This document shows positions 40,942 through 53,924 of a stretch of 64,000 bases of DNA, piece after piece; within the stretch, counting starts at the first letter, position 1; each line of letters begins with the position of its first letter. A program made the position numbers and the translations under genes. The DNA is from Eledone cirrhosa (lineage: Eukaryota): the NCBI GenBank assembly GCA_964016885.1, contig OZ024760.1:29140001-29204000 (forward strand), written 5' to 3'. The notes beneath the pieces are model-generated. The model was not told the DNA's origin and did not search any database. It saw only the letters and a program-made list of their open reading frames with translations.

Positions 40942-41206
40942 AATATATATATAACTCAATACCAAGTACTCATTTCTCTCAGCTGTCAACCACATACAGA
41001 TATATGTATATTAGGGTGGCCCTTAGCAATAGGTAATTTCCCGAAACTTAAAATTTTGCTGCTCCCACATCGAAGAATAGGTGTTTGCCCTATACCTGCG
41101 CTCTGTCACCAGCTTTGCAAGTTGCCTTCCCCATTATATTTATTGTCACTTATCCTTCTAAGACCAAGAATAACTCTGAACAAGTTTTTAATTTAAGAGA
41201 AAATTA

Positions 41207-41957
41207 TCTATATATATAAAACAGAGGATGTCTGTCTGTGTCTGTTTCCCTAAAACTCGAGAAGTACCCAACCGTTTTTTTTTCAAACTTTACATATGTA
41301 ACCCGTATGGCCCCGGAAGTGTTTTGAGCAAAAAAAAATTTCAAATTATTCTGACCTAGGGATCGAATTAGTGAAGTGGCCAATGTCTGTACATAATGAG
41401 GGAGTGAGAGGGGAGAGAAAGAAACGGAGAGGCAAAGTGAAGAAGTGGCTCTCTAATCCTCCTCCCCATTCGTCACAGCGTTTTTCGATAGAGGGGAGAA
41501 ATGTGAACAAGTTACAGAGAGAAAGAGTGAGAGTAAAAGAAACAGACAGACTAAAAGAGGGGGATAGCGGGAGAGAGAGAGAGAGTGACAGACGCCGTCT
41601 TTTGAGAGTTGTATGCGTCAAAGATACATGACAGTGGAATAACTATTGGGTGTGTGTGTGCGTGCGTGTGTGTGTGAGTTTGTGTGCGTTTGCATGCGTG
41701 AGTGTGTATGTGTGCGTGAGTGATTATAAACTCTCTCACATGGTCTGATGGAATTAACCCTTTAGCATTTACATTACTCTATATATACTATATTATTTTC
41801 ATGGTAAAGGCTTTATCTCACATAATATAAAAATCTCATAGATTTAATATTATTTATTTTGAGAACAATACCTTAACCCTTTAGTATTAATGTGAGTGAG
41901 TTATAAAGAGAAAGAGTGAGAGTGAAAGAAACAGACAGACTAAAAGAGGGGCATAGT

Positions 41958-41994
<37 letters not shown>

Positions 41995-42371
41995 GCTGGA
42001 AGAGGGGAAGGAAAGCTATATGTCTTGCTGTCTGCATTACGATACATATATATATACACACACACACACACACTGACCGCGTCATAATGACGTAATGCAG
42101 ACAGTCAGACATACAGACAGATATTATAAGGGTGCCACATTATATCTATGTATCTATCTAAAAAAAAAGACTAAGAATTATAAAGAGAGATCGCTAAATC
42201 GCCTAATGCGGTCTCTAGGGCATTGAAAATTTGAAATATGTTTTGCTCAAAACACTCACAGGACCATAAGTATTACATGTGCAAAGTTTGAAAACAATCG
42301 GTTGGGTGGTTCTCAAGTTTTAGTGAGCTGACAGACAGACAGACAGACATTCTCTGTTTTAGATATATAGA
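41207..42371. mobile_element. Two inward-facing Helitron-like 5' ends forming ~140-bp inverted arms
   Basis: TCtatatatataaaacagaggatgtctgtctg...gtgttttgagcaaaa at 41207-41347 matches the reverse complement of 42226-42371. Confidence 0.6.
41758..41876 (+). mobile_element. piggyBac-like MITE left part with a single 72-bp-type unit
   Basis: TTAA|CCCTTTAGCATTTACATTAC as at 1169; cut at its internal TTAA, where another CCCTTTAG begins. Confidence 0.75.
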
Positions 42372-42754
42372 TATATATATAATTATATATTCGTGTACAG
42401 ATATTTTTGCATACACAATAACAAAATATAAATAACGTATTTATTTCACGAGGCTCAGTAAGGATAAATATATATCAAATATATAAGAACCCCAGAGCAA
42501 ATCCTGAATAACACCGGGCCATTCTGCTAATATAATATAAAAAACAAAAACTTCAAACTTTCACGGTCGATGAGGGTCGTTGGAACAAGATAGGGGGGGG
42601 GGGGGGAGCTAAACTTTCAGAAAGTTGAAAAATAAGGGCCACCCTAATGTACACACTGGCGCATGAAATGAAAACCAATTTGTGTGGGTTTAGATATGTA
42701 CATTAGTTATATGTGGCCCCTGGACCACCTGTGGTGAGTCTGGCTCTCATATAG

Positions 42755-42945
42755 TAATAACTGTTTCTATTTTTGGCACAAGGCCAGCAATTATCCAGTA
42801 CATTACTGGTACTTTAGTTTATCGACCCCGTAAGAATGAAAGGCAAAGTTAACCTCGGCAGGATTTAAACTCAGAATGGAAAGGGTCGTAACTCTATGCG
42901 TCAAAACATGGCGTCTGACCTACCAATACTGCCAATCCACCGCCA
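42755..42945 (-). mobile_element. SINE family B
   Basis: Matches 7552-7739; short flanking repeat agtaataac. Confidence 0.82.
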
Positions 42946-42962
42946 ATACAGTAATAACAGAG

Positions 42963-43430
<468 letters not shown>

Positions 43431-43741
43431 ATATATATATATATTCTCCTTACTATCCTTGCTTTCATATTTCTCCTTGTTCCCCTTTTCTCATTGTATT
43501 TTGTATATAAACAAGAACATAGATACAAGGAGAAAGGGAGAGCAAGGAGAAAAGGGGAGCAATGGGAAGGGAGAGGAAGGGGAGCAATGGGAAAAGGAGA
43601 GCAAGGATGACAGGAGAGCAAAGAGAGGAAGGAGAAAAGGAGAGGTTAAGGCAAATATTGGTCAAGTTATGCTGGAAGCAGACAAAGGTGAAGAAGAGGA
43701 AGAAGAAGAAAATCAACTGAAGAGGTAGATCCTGCACCAAG

Positions 43742-44561
43742 ATGACTTTTCTTCCTTTACAAACATCGAGTTTTTGTCTTTTGGTACAAAACCTTTCTAT
43801 CAACACCGGTTTCCTCGACAAAGACCCCTCAACAAGGAAGGATGATCCTGGTTACAAAAGTGGACTTGAAAAACTTGAGAAGACAGTTGTTGTGAATGAT
43901 GTTGCAGAAAAAGGTGTCAAACCCATTCAGGATTACAATAACATTCTCACAAAAGATGAAACTGAGAAACAATTTGTTTTACAGATCGTTACCGAAGACC
44001 GTAAAACACACCCAACTGCCACTAAATCCTCTCTTATGTAAAAATAATTGTTTCTACTTTAGGCACAAGGCCAGCAATTACCCAGTGCATTACTGGTACT
44101 TTATTTTATCAACCCCAATGTTCAATATTCAGTATCCACATTATGTTTTTGATTCTATAGAAATTATTGTTGTAAATAAAAATGTGTTTCTCTTATAGAA
44201 GTTGTGTGCTTTATTAAGAAAACCTAATATTTCTTAAGTTTTTCATGTTTTTTCAGTAATCTTTCAAATTAACTATTGACAAATTTGATTCAGAATGTTT
44301 TTAAACATTTGCTGGGGTTGCCTGGTTGTGTCCACATAAATTTTTCTAAGAAGAAAAAAGAAAATGGTCGAGATAGGGAACAGTATACCGCTTTTGAACA
44401 GAATTAATCGTTGCGTAAACTATGTTCCAACTTCAAGGTGTTTGAGGGTCGCCTAACAGTTGTCCGATTGAGCTGACATTTTGCAAACCTTGTGTTTTTG
44501 TTCATTGGAACAGGATTAGGGGGTGGGAGCAGCAAATTACCTATTGTTAAGGGCTATCCTA
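43742..44561 (+). mobile_element. hAT-superfamily (hATm-like) transposase C-terminal remnant plus right terminus
   Basis: FLDKDPSTRKDDPGY...VVVNDVAEKGVKPIQDYNNILTKDETEKQFVLQIVTEDRK (VVNDxAERGV-type motif); ends taagggctatccta, a decayed copy of the 41012 TIR. Subfamily name is from recall. Confidence 0.65.
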
Positions 44562-45167
44562 CTGCACATATAGACACATGTATATACACATGTATGTATA
44601 TATGAATGCATGTTTATCTGTATCTATTCATTCATGTATATTATGAGGTCATGTAGGTGTCACAACAGCCCACACTGTAAATGTGGTTGGCATTTGGAAG
44701 GGCATCCAGCTGTAGAAACCAAGCCAGAAACACTCCTATATGAGGAAGACATAGTCACCTGACATGACTTGCCTCTAATGGGACAACCCGTCTAACCCAT
44801 GCTAACATGGAAGATGGACGTTAAACGATGATTATTGTTAACCCCTCACTTAGCAAGGCTTAAATAAATAGATGTAGTTGTATCTGTATTTTGAAGTAGT
44901 CTATAAAATGGAAATGATTAATACTGTAAAGTAGATTAGATTGTCTATCTTTAGTCTTTTCAATGATGTTGTATTTTATATTTTATTTCCTCTTTAAATT
45001 ATATTTGGAACTATTTCATCAGCTGAACATTTTATCTATTCCTACCTTTTCTTGCCCCAAATTTTAATGTTGGCTGTCATTTAAAAGTGGGAATAAAATT
45101 CCAGCAAGCATAGTTGGTGTTATTTTTAACTTTATATATATGTGTGTGTATGCATATAAATATGTAC

Positions 45168-45237
<70 letters not shown>

Positions 45238-46000
45238 TACCTATGGCATTCACAGAATCATAAATATCTTCCACAATTTTTAATGGCTTTTTACATTGCA
45301 ATATATATGTTTTTAACACTAAATTATTAATAACAATATACCGTATTTGTCAGCCTATTGGATGCCCCTTCATATCAAACACTCCCTCTTTTTTTATTAT
45401 ATTTTATGTTATATTTTGACATTTATAGGCATTTTTATAGACTATGTCCAATATTCGCAGTTTCTCACTCTTCGCTGGTGCTCTAGGGGCAGGTTCGTCA
45501 CCCGCCACACCCCACAGACAAGCCCAGCAGGTGGCACTTCCATACCTGTAGAGTTTATCTCAAACTGCTGGCAAAGAACCTCAGTAGCACTGCCAGGCAC
45601 CAGGGATTTCTGGAAGTTATTCATGGGACCTGGACTGAAAGTCCTCTGGCTAGTTGATATTCATCGAGACCCCCAGAGTTTCCTCAAGAACAACGTCGCT
45701 TTAACCTGCCACTAATACTCAGTAATACATAAAGTATGCAGAATTGAGAATAGATGTGGAGAGAATGTGGAATATGAAAGCAAGAGTGGTACCAATTGTG
45801 AGAAACCTTGTTTGGTGTCATTCCCAACATTATGATATTGCAGGAAACAAGATTTTGGAGAACAGTAAATAAGGTGTGGAAAGTTCTGTCTATTTGAGGT
45901 TACATAACTTGTTAGGAAAGCAATTAAATGATCCAGTCTTAATGAGTTAATAATTATGATAGTAATAATAATCCTGCATTGTTCTTTCTGTTTTTTTTAG

Positions 46001-46384
46001 GTTAATGGTAAACGCCTGCTGGGCTTGAACCATAAAGAGGTTGTGAGTATTTTAAAAGAGTTGCCACAACATGTTCGGTTGGTTTGCGCTCGTCCAAAAA
46101 AAAGTAAATTAGAAAACTTCACCAACAAAGAAGAGGATGTCTTTCAAAGCCCTTCCCTTCTTAATTCTGGTGTGATCCCGAATTCACCATGTACAGACCG
46201 GCTTGTTAAAGCTAAATCGGAAGTTACATTATCAACGCAAGAATGGACTGCTGAGAAGAACCTTTTAAATCGATCACGATCCCTTGAGCCCTTAACGGGG
46301 CTTGCTATGTGGAGTAGTGAACCTGTGGTTATAGAATTGAAGAAACTTGACAAGGGTCTTGGATTTAGCATTCTTGATTATCAG
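46001..46384 (+). CDS. PATJ: Patj/MPDZ-family exon B (end of first PDZ, linker, start of next PDZ)
   Basis: Acceptor ttctttctgttttttttag|GTT and donor CAG|gtaagg; 384 bp = 128 codons. VNGKRLLGLNHKEVVSILKELPQHVRLVCAR...DRLVKAKSE...RSRSLEPLTGLAMWSSEPVVIELKKLDKGLGFSILDYQ continues exon A in frame (GDELLE|VNG). Confidence 0.95.
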
Positions 46385-46431
46385 GTAAGGATTTCTTTGG
46401 CCATTTCAGTTATCTGTGCTTTGTTGTGTTT

Positions 46432-46695
46432 CTTTTACTGGTTTCAGTCATTAGACTGTGGCCATGCTGGGGCAGTCTTTACTGGTTTCAGGTCATTAGA
46501 CTGTGGCCATGCTGGGGCAGTCTTTACTGGTTTCAGGTCATTAGACTGTGGCCATGCTGGGGCAGTCTTTACTGGTTTCAGTCAGACTGTGGCCGTGCTG
46601 AGGCAGTCTTTACTGGTTTCAGTCATTAGATTGTGGCCATGCTGGGGCAATGCTTTACCGGTTTCAGTCATTAGACTGTGGCCATGCTGGAGCAT
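46432..46695. repeat. ~45-bp tandem array (~6 copies) from a SINE-like tail, ~50 bp after the exon B donor
   Basis: Unit tttactggtttcagtcattagactgtggccatgctggggcagtc. Confidence 0.85.
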
Positions 46696-46865
46696 TGCTT
46701 GGACTTAATCAATCATATTGATCTCAATATTTATTGTTTTCAAACATGCTACTTATTTCATTGGTGTCTGTTTTGTTGAAACTCCAAAGTCACAAAAGAT
46801 AAATGAACTGTAAACGTAAACAAAAATATCAACACAAACATGCTAATTTGCATATATCTATCTAT

Positions 46866-47223
46866 CTAAGGCGGGTAAAATTCCCGAGATCCATGGACGA
46901 GTTCTCTCCAGCAGTCTCTGTCCCTCATTATCGCTGCCATGTCCTGCATCTCCAACAGACCAGTGTCTGTCCTTAGGGCATCAACATACGTTAACCTTGG
47001 TCTTCCTCTTCCAGTGTGTCCATGTAGGGGCTCCCAAAGGAGTACTGAGTGCAATGTCAACTCTGGATGTCGGTGAGCATGTCCAGCTAACCTCAGTCTC
47101 CTCTGCGTCACTTTTGAGCTGACTTTTGGGATGCTCCCATACAGCTCTGAGTTTTTCATCCTCAGTGTATACTGATTAATGTTCAGAGCCATCCTCAGCA
47201 TTCTCGTGTAGCACCCATCCACC

Positions 47224-47225
<2 letters not shown>
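46866..47225 (-). mobile_element. RTE LINE 3' end, stop-free ORF2 C-terminus
   Basis: DGCYTRMLRMALNI...QRRLRLAGHAHRHPE...LLWEPLHGHTGRGRPRLTYVDAL...MRDRDCWR. Confidence 0.85.
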
Positions 47226-47255
<30 letters not shown>

Positions 47256-47314
47256 GTAGTAATGTAGTAATCAAAATTATTGTTCAGTGCTCAGGTGGAC
47301 TACAGCTCATCGAA

Positions 47315-47354
<40 letters not shown>

Positions 47355-47467
47355 ATGCATATATATGAGCAAGACATGGTCACCTAACTTGGCATTGCCC
47401 ACAACAGGCCAACTCGTCTAACCCATGCTAACATGGAAAAATAAATAAATATATATATATATATATC

Positions 47468-47559
47468 ACCAGTCTGAGGAGCAGATCAATAATGGTGTCA
47501 GGTCCATAACTTCTATGGGTCACCTTGAGCCATTCCTCAGTGAAACACGTGTAACAGGT
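47468..47559 (+). ncRNA. Type I hammerhead ribozyme (Penelope-type, palindromic stem III), predicted cleavage after GUA at 47553
   Basis: Stem I accagt/acaggt (5 of 6 bp); core CTGAGGA 47474-47480; long interrupted stem II; GAAA 47542-47545; stem III ACACGTGT then A. Activity untested. Confidence 0.65.
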
Positions 47560-47613
47560 CAATACGCAATACATTTTTTCATATGTAAACGAAACTTCCT
47601 CGTTTTTTTATAT

Positions 47614-47655
<42 letters not shown>

Positions 47656-47673
47656 TGTATATATATATATATG

Positions 47674-47705
<32 letters not shown>

Positions 47706-47780
47706 CGTGACAAGTGGAGAGATGCTGAATAGGACCCATCCCACCCTTGCAAGCTGGGAAAAATGATGATGATGATGATG

Positions 47781-47816
<36 letters not shown>

Positions 47817-47882
47817 AATGAAGTAATTCCATCGGAAAAGTCCAGGAAAAAAGAGTGCTCTATGTAAGCAACAGAGCTTAAT

Positions 47883-48013
47883 TATTATTATTATGTAATA
47901 AACAACATAAGGCAATTATTCCATTTACCAGTGGTTTCTTAAAAGCAAAACCTTTTGCTTTTAAGAAACCACTGGTAAATGGAATAATTGCCTTATGTTG
48001 TTTATTACATAAT

Positions 48014-48020
<7 letters not shown>
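47883..48020. repeat. Perfect palindrome with 68-bp arms and a 2-nt spacer
   Basis: 47883-47950 is the reverse complement of 47953-48020; contains GAAACCACTGGTA (47965-47977). Confidence 0.9.
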
Positions 48021-48049
<29 letters not shown>

Positions 48050-48149
48050 GTATATATATACTTATATGTCCGTATATATATTTATATATGTATATATATA
48101 TATACGGACATATATATATATATATGTCCGTATATATATATATATGTCC

Positions 48150-48247
<98 letters not shown>

Positions 48248-48439
48248 ATATATATATTTATATATATATATATGTCCGTATATATATTTACTCCACTAAA
48301 CTGTTGAGTGCTTTATATCAGTTATAAAATTTTTTTAAGCTTGTTGAATCCCAACATATATATATCCCACTGCATATATATATATATATATATATATATC
48401 AGTATATACCATATATACCGTATATATGTCTGTATATGC

Positions 48440-48473
<34 letters not shown>

Positions 48474-48505
48474 ATAAATACATTATATTCTTCGTTGTAA
48501 CACAG

Positions 48506-48748
48506 GACCCTGTAAACCCTGCTGAGACAGTAATTGTGATCAAAAGTCTTGTCCCAGGTGGCGTTGCTCAGCAGGATGGGCGGTTGTTACCAGGTGACAG
48601 GTTAGTGTTTGTTAACGATGTCAATTTGGAGCACGCTACATTGGATGATGCTGTACAGGCTCTGAAAGGTGCTCCCAGAGGCACAGTTGTCATTGGAGTT
48701 GCCAAACCTCTACCATTAACAGCTAATATACCCCAGTCAGATCAAGAC
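48506..48748 (+). CDS. PATJ: Patj/MPDZ-family exon C (remainder of second PDZ, equivalent to MPDZ PDZ5)
   Basis: Acceptor ttcttcgttgtaacacag|GAC and donor GAC|gtgagt; 243 bp = 81 codons. DPVNPAETVIVIKSLVPGGVAQQDGRLLPGDRLVFVNDVNLEHATLDDAVQALKGAPRGTVVIGVAKPLP... joins exon B as ILDYQ|DP. Confidence 0.95.
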
Positions 48749-48849
48749 GTGAGTTGCCATTTCATTTCATTTTTATATTAATGGTTTGTTTTCACTTTAT
48801 GCTTTTTTTCTATAAATATATATGTATGTACGTATGTACGTATGAGTGA

Positions 48850-48895
<46 letters not shown>

Positions 48896-49163
48896 ATATT
48901 ATATCATCATGTATATATTATATATATATTATGTATATATTATATCATCATGTATATATTATATATATATTATGTATATATTATATATATATTATGTATA
49001 TATTATATCATCATGTATATACTATATATATATTATGTATATATTATAAATATATATATATGAGTATGTATATATATATTATATATATACATATATATAA
49101 GTGTATATATATCTATACATGTATAAATATATATATATATATATATATAATTATATATATATA

Positions 49164-49197
<34 letters not shown>

Positions 49198-49199
49198 AT

Positions 49200-49274
<75 letters not shown>

Positions 49275-49339
49275 TTCTGTTTGTTGTTTATAGCTTTCTT
49301 TACAAAGCTTTTTTCTCTTTCTGTCACTGACTGCGTGTT

Positions 49340-49381
49340 TTGCTCTCTCTCTCTCTCTCTTTTTCTCTGTTTCACTCTCCA

Positions 49382-49412
<31 letters not shown>

Positions 49413-50420
49413 TTCTCTGTCTCACTTTCCATCTCTCTCTCTCTTTCTGTCTCACTCTCCATCTCTCTCTCTCTTTCTGTCTCACTCTCCATCTCTCTCT
49501 CTCTCTCTTTCTCTCTCTTTCTCTGTCTCACTTTCTCTCTCTCTCTCTCTTTCTGTCTCACTCTCCATCTCTCTCTTTCTCTCTCTCTCACTCTCCATCT
49601 CTCTCTCTCTGTCTCACTCTCCATCTCTCTCTCTCTGTCTCACTCTCCATCTCTCTCTTTCTCTCTCTTTCTCTGTCTCACTCTCCATCTCTCTCTCTCT
49701 CTTTCTCTGTCTCACTCTCCTCTCTCTTTCTCTGTCTCACTCTCCTTCTCTCTCTTTCTCTGTCTCACTCTCCATCTCTCTCTCTCTGTTTCACTCTCCA
49801 TCTCTCTCTCTCTGTTTCACTCTCCATCTCTCTCTCTCTCTGTTTCTCTCTCCATCTTTCTCTCTCTCTCTTTCTCTCTCTTTCTCTGTCTCACTTTCCA
49901 TCTCTCTCTCCCTTTCTGTCTCACTCTCCATCTCTCTCTTTCTCTCTCTCTCACTCTCCATCTCTCTCTCTCTGTCTCACTCTCCATCTCTCTCTCTCTG
50001 TCTCACTCTCCATCTCTCTCTCTCTCTCTTTCTCTCTCTTTCTCTGTCTCACTTTCCATCTCTCTCTCTCTTTCTGTCTCACTCTCCATCTCTCTCTTTC
50101 TCTCTCTCTCACTCTCCATCTCTCTCTCTCTCTGTCTCACTCTCCATCTCTCTCTTTCTCTCTCTTTCTCTGTCTCACTCTCCATCTCTCTCTCTTTCTC
50201 TGTCTCACTCTCCTCTCTCTTTCTCTGTCTCACTCTCCTCTCTCTTTCTCTGTCTCACTCTCCTTCTCTCTCTTTCTCTGTCTCACTCTCCATCTCTCTC
50301 TCTCTCTCTCTTTCTCTCCATCTCTCTCTCTCCCTCTCTCCATCTCTCTCTCTCCCTCTCTCACATCTCTCTCTCCCTCTCTCACATCTCTCTCTCTCTC
50401 TCTCTCTCCATCTCTCTCTC
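49340..50420. repeat. ~1.1-kb polypyrimidine (CT)n-based minisatellite
   Basis: Anchor tgtctcactctccatc within variable (CT)n runs. Confidence 0.92.
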
Positions 50421-50581
50421 AATGAACCCATTTGATAAAATATATTGATTTACTACATTTAGCCATGTGCAATATATCAAAATATTAGGACATAGTGTAT
50501 ATATATATTTCATCTATTATATATATGTATATATATATATATATGTATATATAATATATACACACTTACACACCACAAACA

Positions 50582-50624
<43 letters not shown>

Positions 50625-50641
50625 CATATATATATAAACAA

Positions 50642-50768
50642 ATTTAATATAGAGATGGCTTTTACAGGACTAGAACCGTTTCATTCGAAGGAAATCATCA
50701 AAGCTTTCCTGATGATTTCCTTCGAATGAAACACTTCTAGTCGTGTAGAAGCCATTTCTATATTAAAT
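50642..50768. repeat. Palindrome with ~59-bp arms containing hammerhead core words
   Basis: Arms 50642-50700 and 50710-50768; CTGATGA 50709-50715, GAAAC 50728-50732, GTC 50740-50742; stem I is not well formed. Confidence 0.8.
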
Positions 50769-50851
50769 ATGTTGTATACACTCTACTAATGTATTGAGTA
50801 CCTTACTAACAGTGGTTACGCCGGTTGAACCTGGAACTCTCACTCACATAC

Positions 50852-50934
<83 letters not shown>

Positions 50935-50936
50935 TA

Positions 50937-51041
<105 letters not shown>

Positions 51042-51162
51042 TATTACAGTATGTAAATACGGAATGATGAATGGTAAAAGATAGAAAGGACACAAGGACC
51101 CTAAAATAACGGTTAGAATTCATATAGGCCTCTTTATAGTGACACACAGACATACATACATG

Positions 51163-51510
51163 ATGATGGCTGCCCCCTCGTTATCGAGTATGGCCATTGC
51201 ACGATATACCATTATTAATAATTATTAATTAATTCTATCGTGCAATGCCTGTGCGTGAAGATATTTTTTAAAGTGAGGAAAGACTGTGCACTGAGCCAAT
51301 CCCACTCTCTGAGAGACAGTAGCTATAACCCGAAAAGAAGAAAAGATCAACATCATCGGTAACTACTGAGCCGCAGGTTTTATATTGGAGTTATCCCAGT
51401 TTCCTGAGTTGCCTTCTCCTAGAAGAATGCCCTGACAAAGGCTAGGGGTCCTTCACTACCAGTTGTTTAACCGCGCGATTGGGTATCCAGCCCGACTATT
51501 TCTATGTCCC
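51163..51510 (-). mobile_element. Non-autonomous RTE-related element, longer inverted copy of 10392-10660
   Basis: Colinear reverse-complement match over ~270 bp. Confidence 0.75.
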
Positions 51511-52015
51511 CGCGCATATACATACACAAGCACCCATGTGCATATATACATATATACATATGTACATGTGTATATACATATTTACAACACTTTGGGATGG
51601 CCATTGACTTTTATGAGTTCTTCCACCCTTTGTCAGGTTTTGTTTTTGTCCTGCAGGATGTCCAAAATCACCCTCCTCACCAAGTAAACTGGGTGGGGTT
51701 GCCGGTTTAGTCGCCGACGACCCAACCATGCGACAGGTTGTACTGGGTTATATGTTACCAGTAGCACTCAAGAGTGACCCGACATATATACATACATACA
51801 TAGATACTCACACACAGAGATACATACTCACACACAGACATACACACACAGACATACATACCTACATACACACATACATACACACATACATACATACACA
51901 CATACATACACACACACACATACACACACAGACATACATACTTATATGCAGGCACACACCCAGACATATATGCAGGCATATATATGCATATATATGCAGA
52001 CATATATGCAGGCAT

Positions 52016-52046
<31 letters not shown>

Positions 52047-52491
52047 TACACATACTCGCACACTTGGCCACACATCCAGACATACATACTTATATGCATA
52101 CTTATATACAAAATATTGCAAACAGACACACAGACACTTACTCACAGAAACAAATACACATGCTCCCACACATGCACACACATAGAGAGACATACACTCA
52201 CATATCCTTATACACACACAGTGTCATGGGTCTTCATTGGCTCTCTTCAGCTAGCTTATTCTTGGCTCTGTGTGCTTGGCAAAATTATTTGCTTTCTTTA
52301 TTTGATGGCAGAGGTGTCTCTCATGCTTCTTGTACTGTTTCTTTACTATATTTCCAATGAAATACCTCGTTATTTAATTAACTAATGAAGTGTGGGGGAA
52401 ATATTTACTGAAATTATTATTTCACTACGATGGCGTTAGTAGCTTAACAAAATGTTCTGATATAAAATTATGTTGGAAAGTTTTGATTTAA

Positions 52492-53337
52492 CCCTTTAGC
52501 ATTTAAACTGGCCATATCCGGCTAGAATTCTCTCACCTCCTTCTGTTCAAACTGGCTATAACCAGCCACTCATACCGGTGTTAAGGTATTGTTCTCAAAA
52601 CAAATAATATCAAAATCTCATAAATTTGGTTTATATGAGATATTAAGAATAATAATAATAATGAAAATATTGTGTACAGTGCTCAGGTTCACTAAGTGTG
52701 AGGTAAAGCCTTTACCATGAAAATACAATAGTATATATAGAGTAATGTAAATGTTATGTGAGATATTATGTGAGGTAAAGACTTTACTGTAAAAATACAA
52801 TAGTATATATAGAGTAATGTAAATGTTATGTGAGATATTATGTGAGGTAAAGTCTTTACTGTGAAAATACAATAGTATATATAGAGTAATGTAAATGGTA
52901 TATGAGATATTATCTGAGGTAAAGTCTTTACTATGAAAATACAATAGTATATATAGAGTAATGTAAATGTTATGTGAGATATTATGTGAGGTAAAGCCTT
53001 TACCATGAGAATACAATAGTATATATATCGTAGTGTAAATGTTATGTGAGATATTATGTGAGGTAAAGTCTTTACTGTGAAAATACAATAGTATATATAG
53101 AGTAATGTAAATGGTATGTGAGATATTATCTGAGGTAAAGCCTTTACCATGAAAATACAATAGTATTTATAGAGTAATGTAAATGTTATGTGAGATATTA
53201 TGTGAGGTAAAGTCTTTACTGTGAAAATACAATAGTATATATAGAGTAATGTAAATGGTATGTGAGATATTATGTGAGGTAAAGCCTTTACTGTGAAAAT
53301 ACAATAGTATATATAGAGTAATGTAAATGCTAAAGGG
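52492..53337 (-). mobile_element. piggyBac-like MITE with ~9 x 72-bp repeats (inverted relative to 1169-1959) carrying a ~45-bp LINE tail insertion
   Basis: TTAA at 52488-52491 and 53338-53341; perfect 14-bp TIR ccctttagcattta; LINE tail taatgaaaatattgtgtacagtgctcag at ~52645-52693. Confidence 0.9.
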
Positions 53338-53924
53338 TTAAGTAGAAACTTTTTGAAAATATGTGGTTCTATTTCTATGAAACGGAACTAGTTATGGGCG
53401 GGTTGCTATGAGATGTGTTAAGGTCAAGAGACAAGAAAACAGGTGCTATGTGAGAATGTGGTCAGTTATCAACAAGCATCAAAGGTACTTGTTGCACTAG
53501 ATTTAAATGAGGGGTGAAGTGGAGGAAAACAGCGACAACATATTTTTTTTCTTAAGTGGCCTAAATAATCTCTCTGCCTTTAATTAGTCAAAGAGTTTGT
53601 ATGGTTCTGGCTATGCTAAAGTACTGCTTATAGAATGGTTTGTGTGTGTGCCTTTTACCTCTCTCACACAGTTCTCTTTGCTTTCAAACTTTATATTCCT
53701 AGCTTCCATGTCTTCACATTGCTCTTGGCATTTTTGGTGCTTCCATTTCTTTGGTGGTTTTTAGTTATTATTTGTTTCACATGAATTGTGTCTGGATAGA
53801 TTAAATATGGCTATTGTTTCAGTATTTAAACCTTTCATTGATTTTTTTTCAAATGATTTTTCAAATTAATCCACATTTTGAAAGACTTTAACAATAAAAC
53901 AAACTTTCTCTTCCTTAAATTGGT

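Larger units (their letters stand above)
41012..42646 (-). mobile_element. Non-autonomous hAT-superfamily (hATm-like) element containing nested insertions
   Basis: Perfect TIR tagggtggccctta / taagggccacccta; 8-bp flanks atgtatat / atgtacac (6/8); left end homologous to 44521-44561. Confidence 0.72.

Noticed and set aside
46385-46708. In-frame read-through of exon B giving a 227-aa ORF
   Set aside because: A strong CAG|gtaagg donor and PDZ continuity with exon C explain the gene; the extension is SINE-derived tandem repeat.
51400-51510. HDV-like ribozyme at the 5' end of the RTE-related element
   Set aside because: A possible P1 (gggctgg/ctagcct) exists on the minus strand, but I could not build P1.1, P3 or J4/2.
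51657-51683. Possible 27-bp phase-0 microexon (ctgcag|GATGTC...CAA|gtaaac)
   Set aside because: Lies in a stretch (~51590-51785) that resembles an RTE-type repeat, has a weak donor and no homology support; RNA-seq would be needed.
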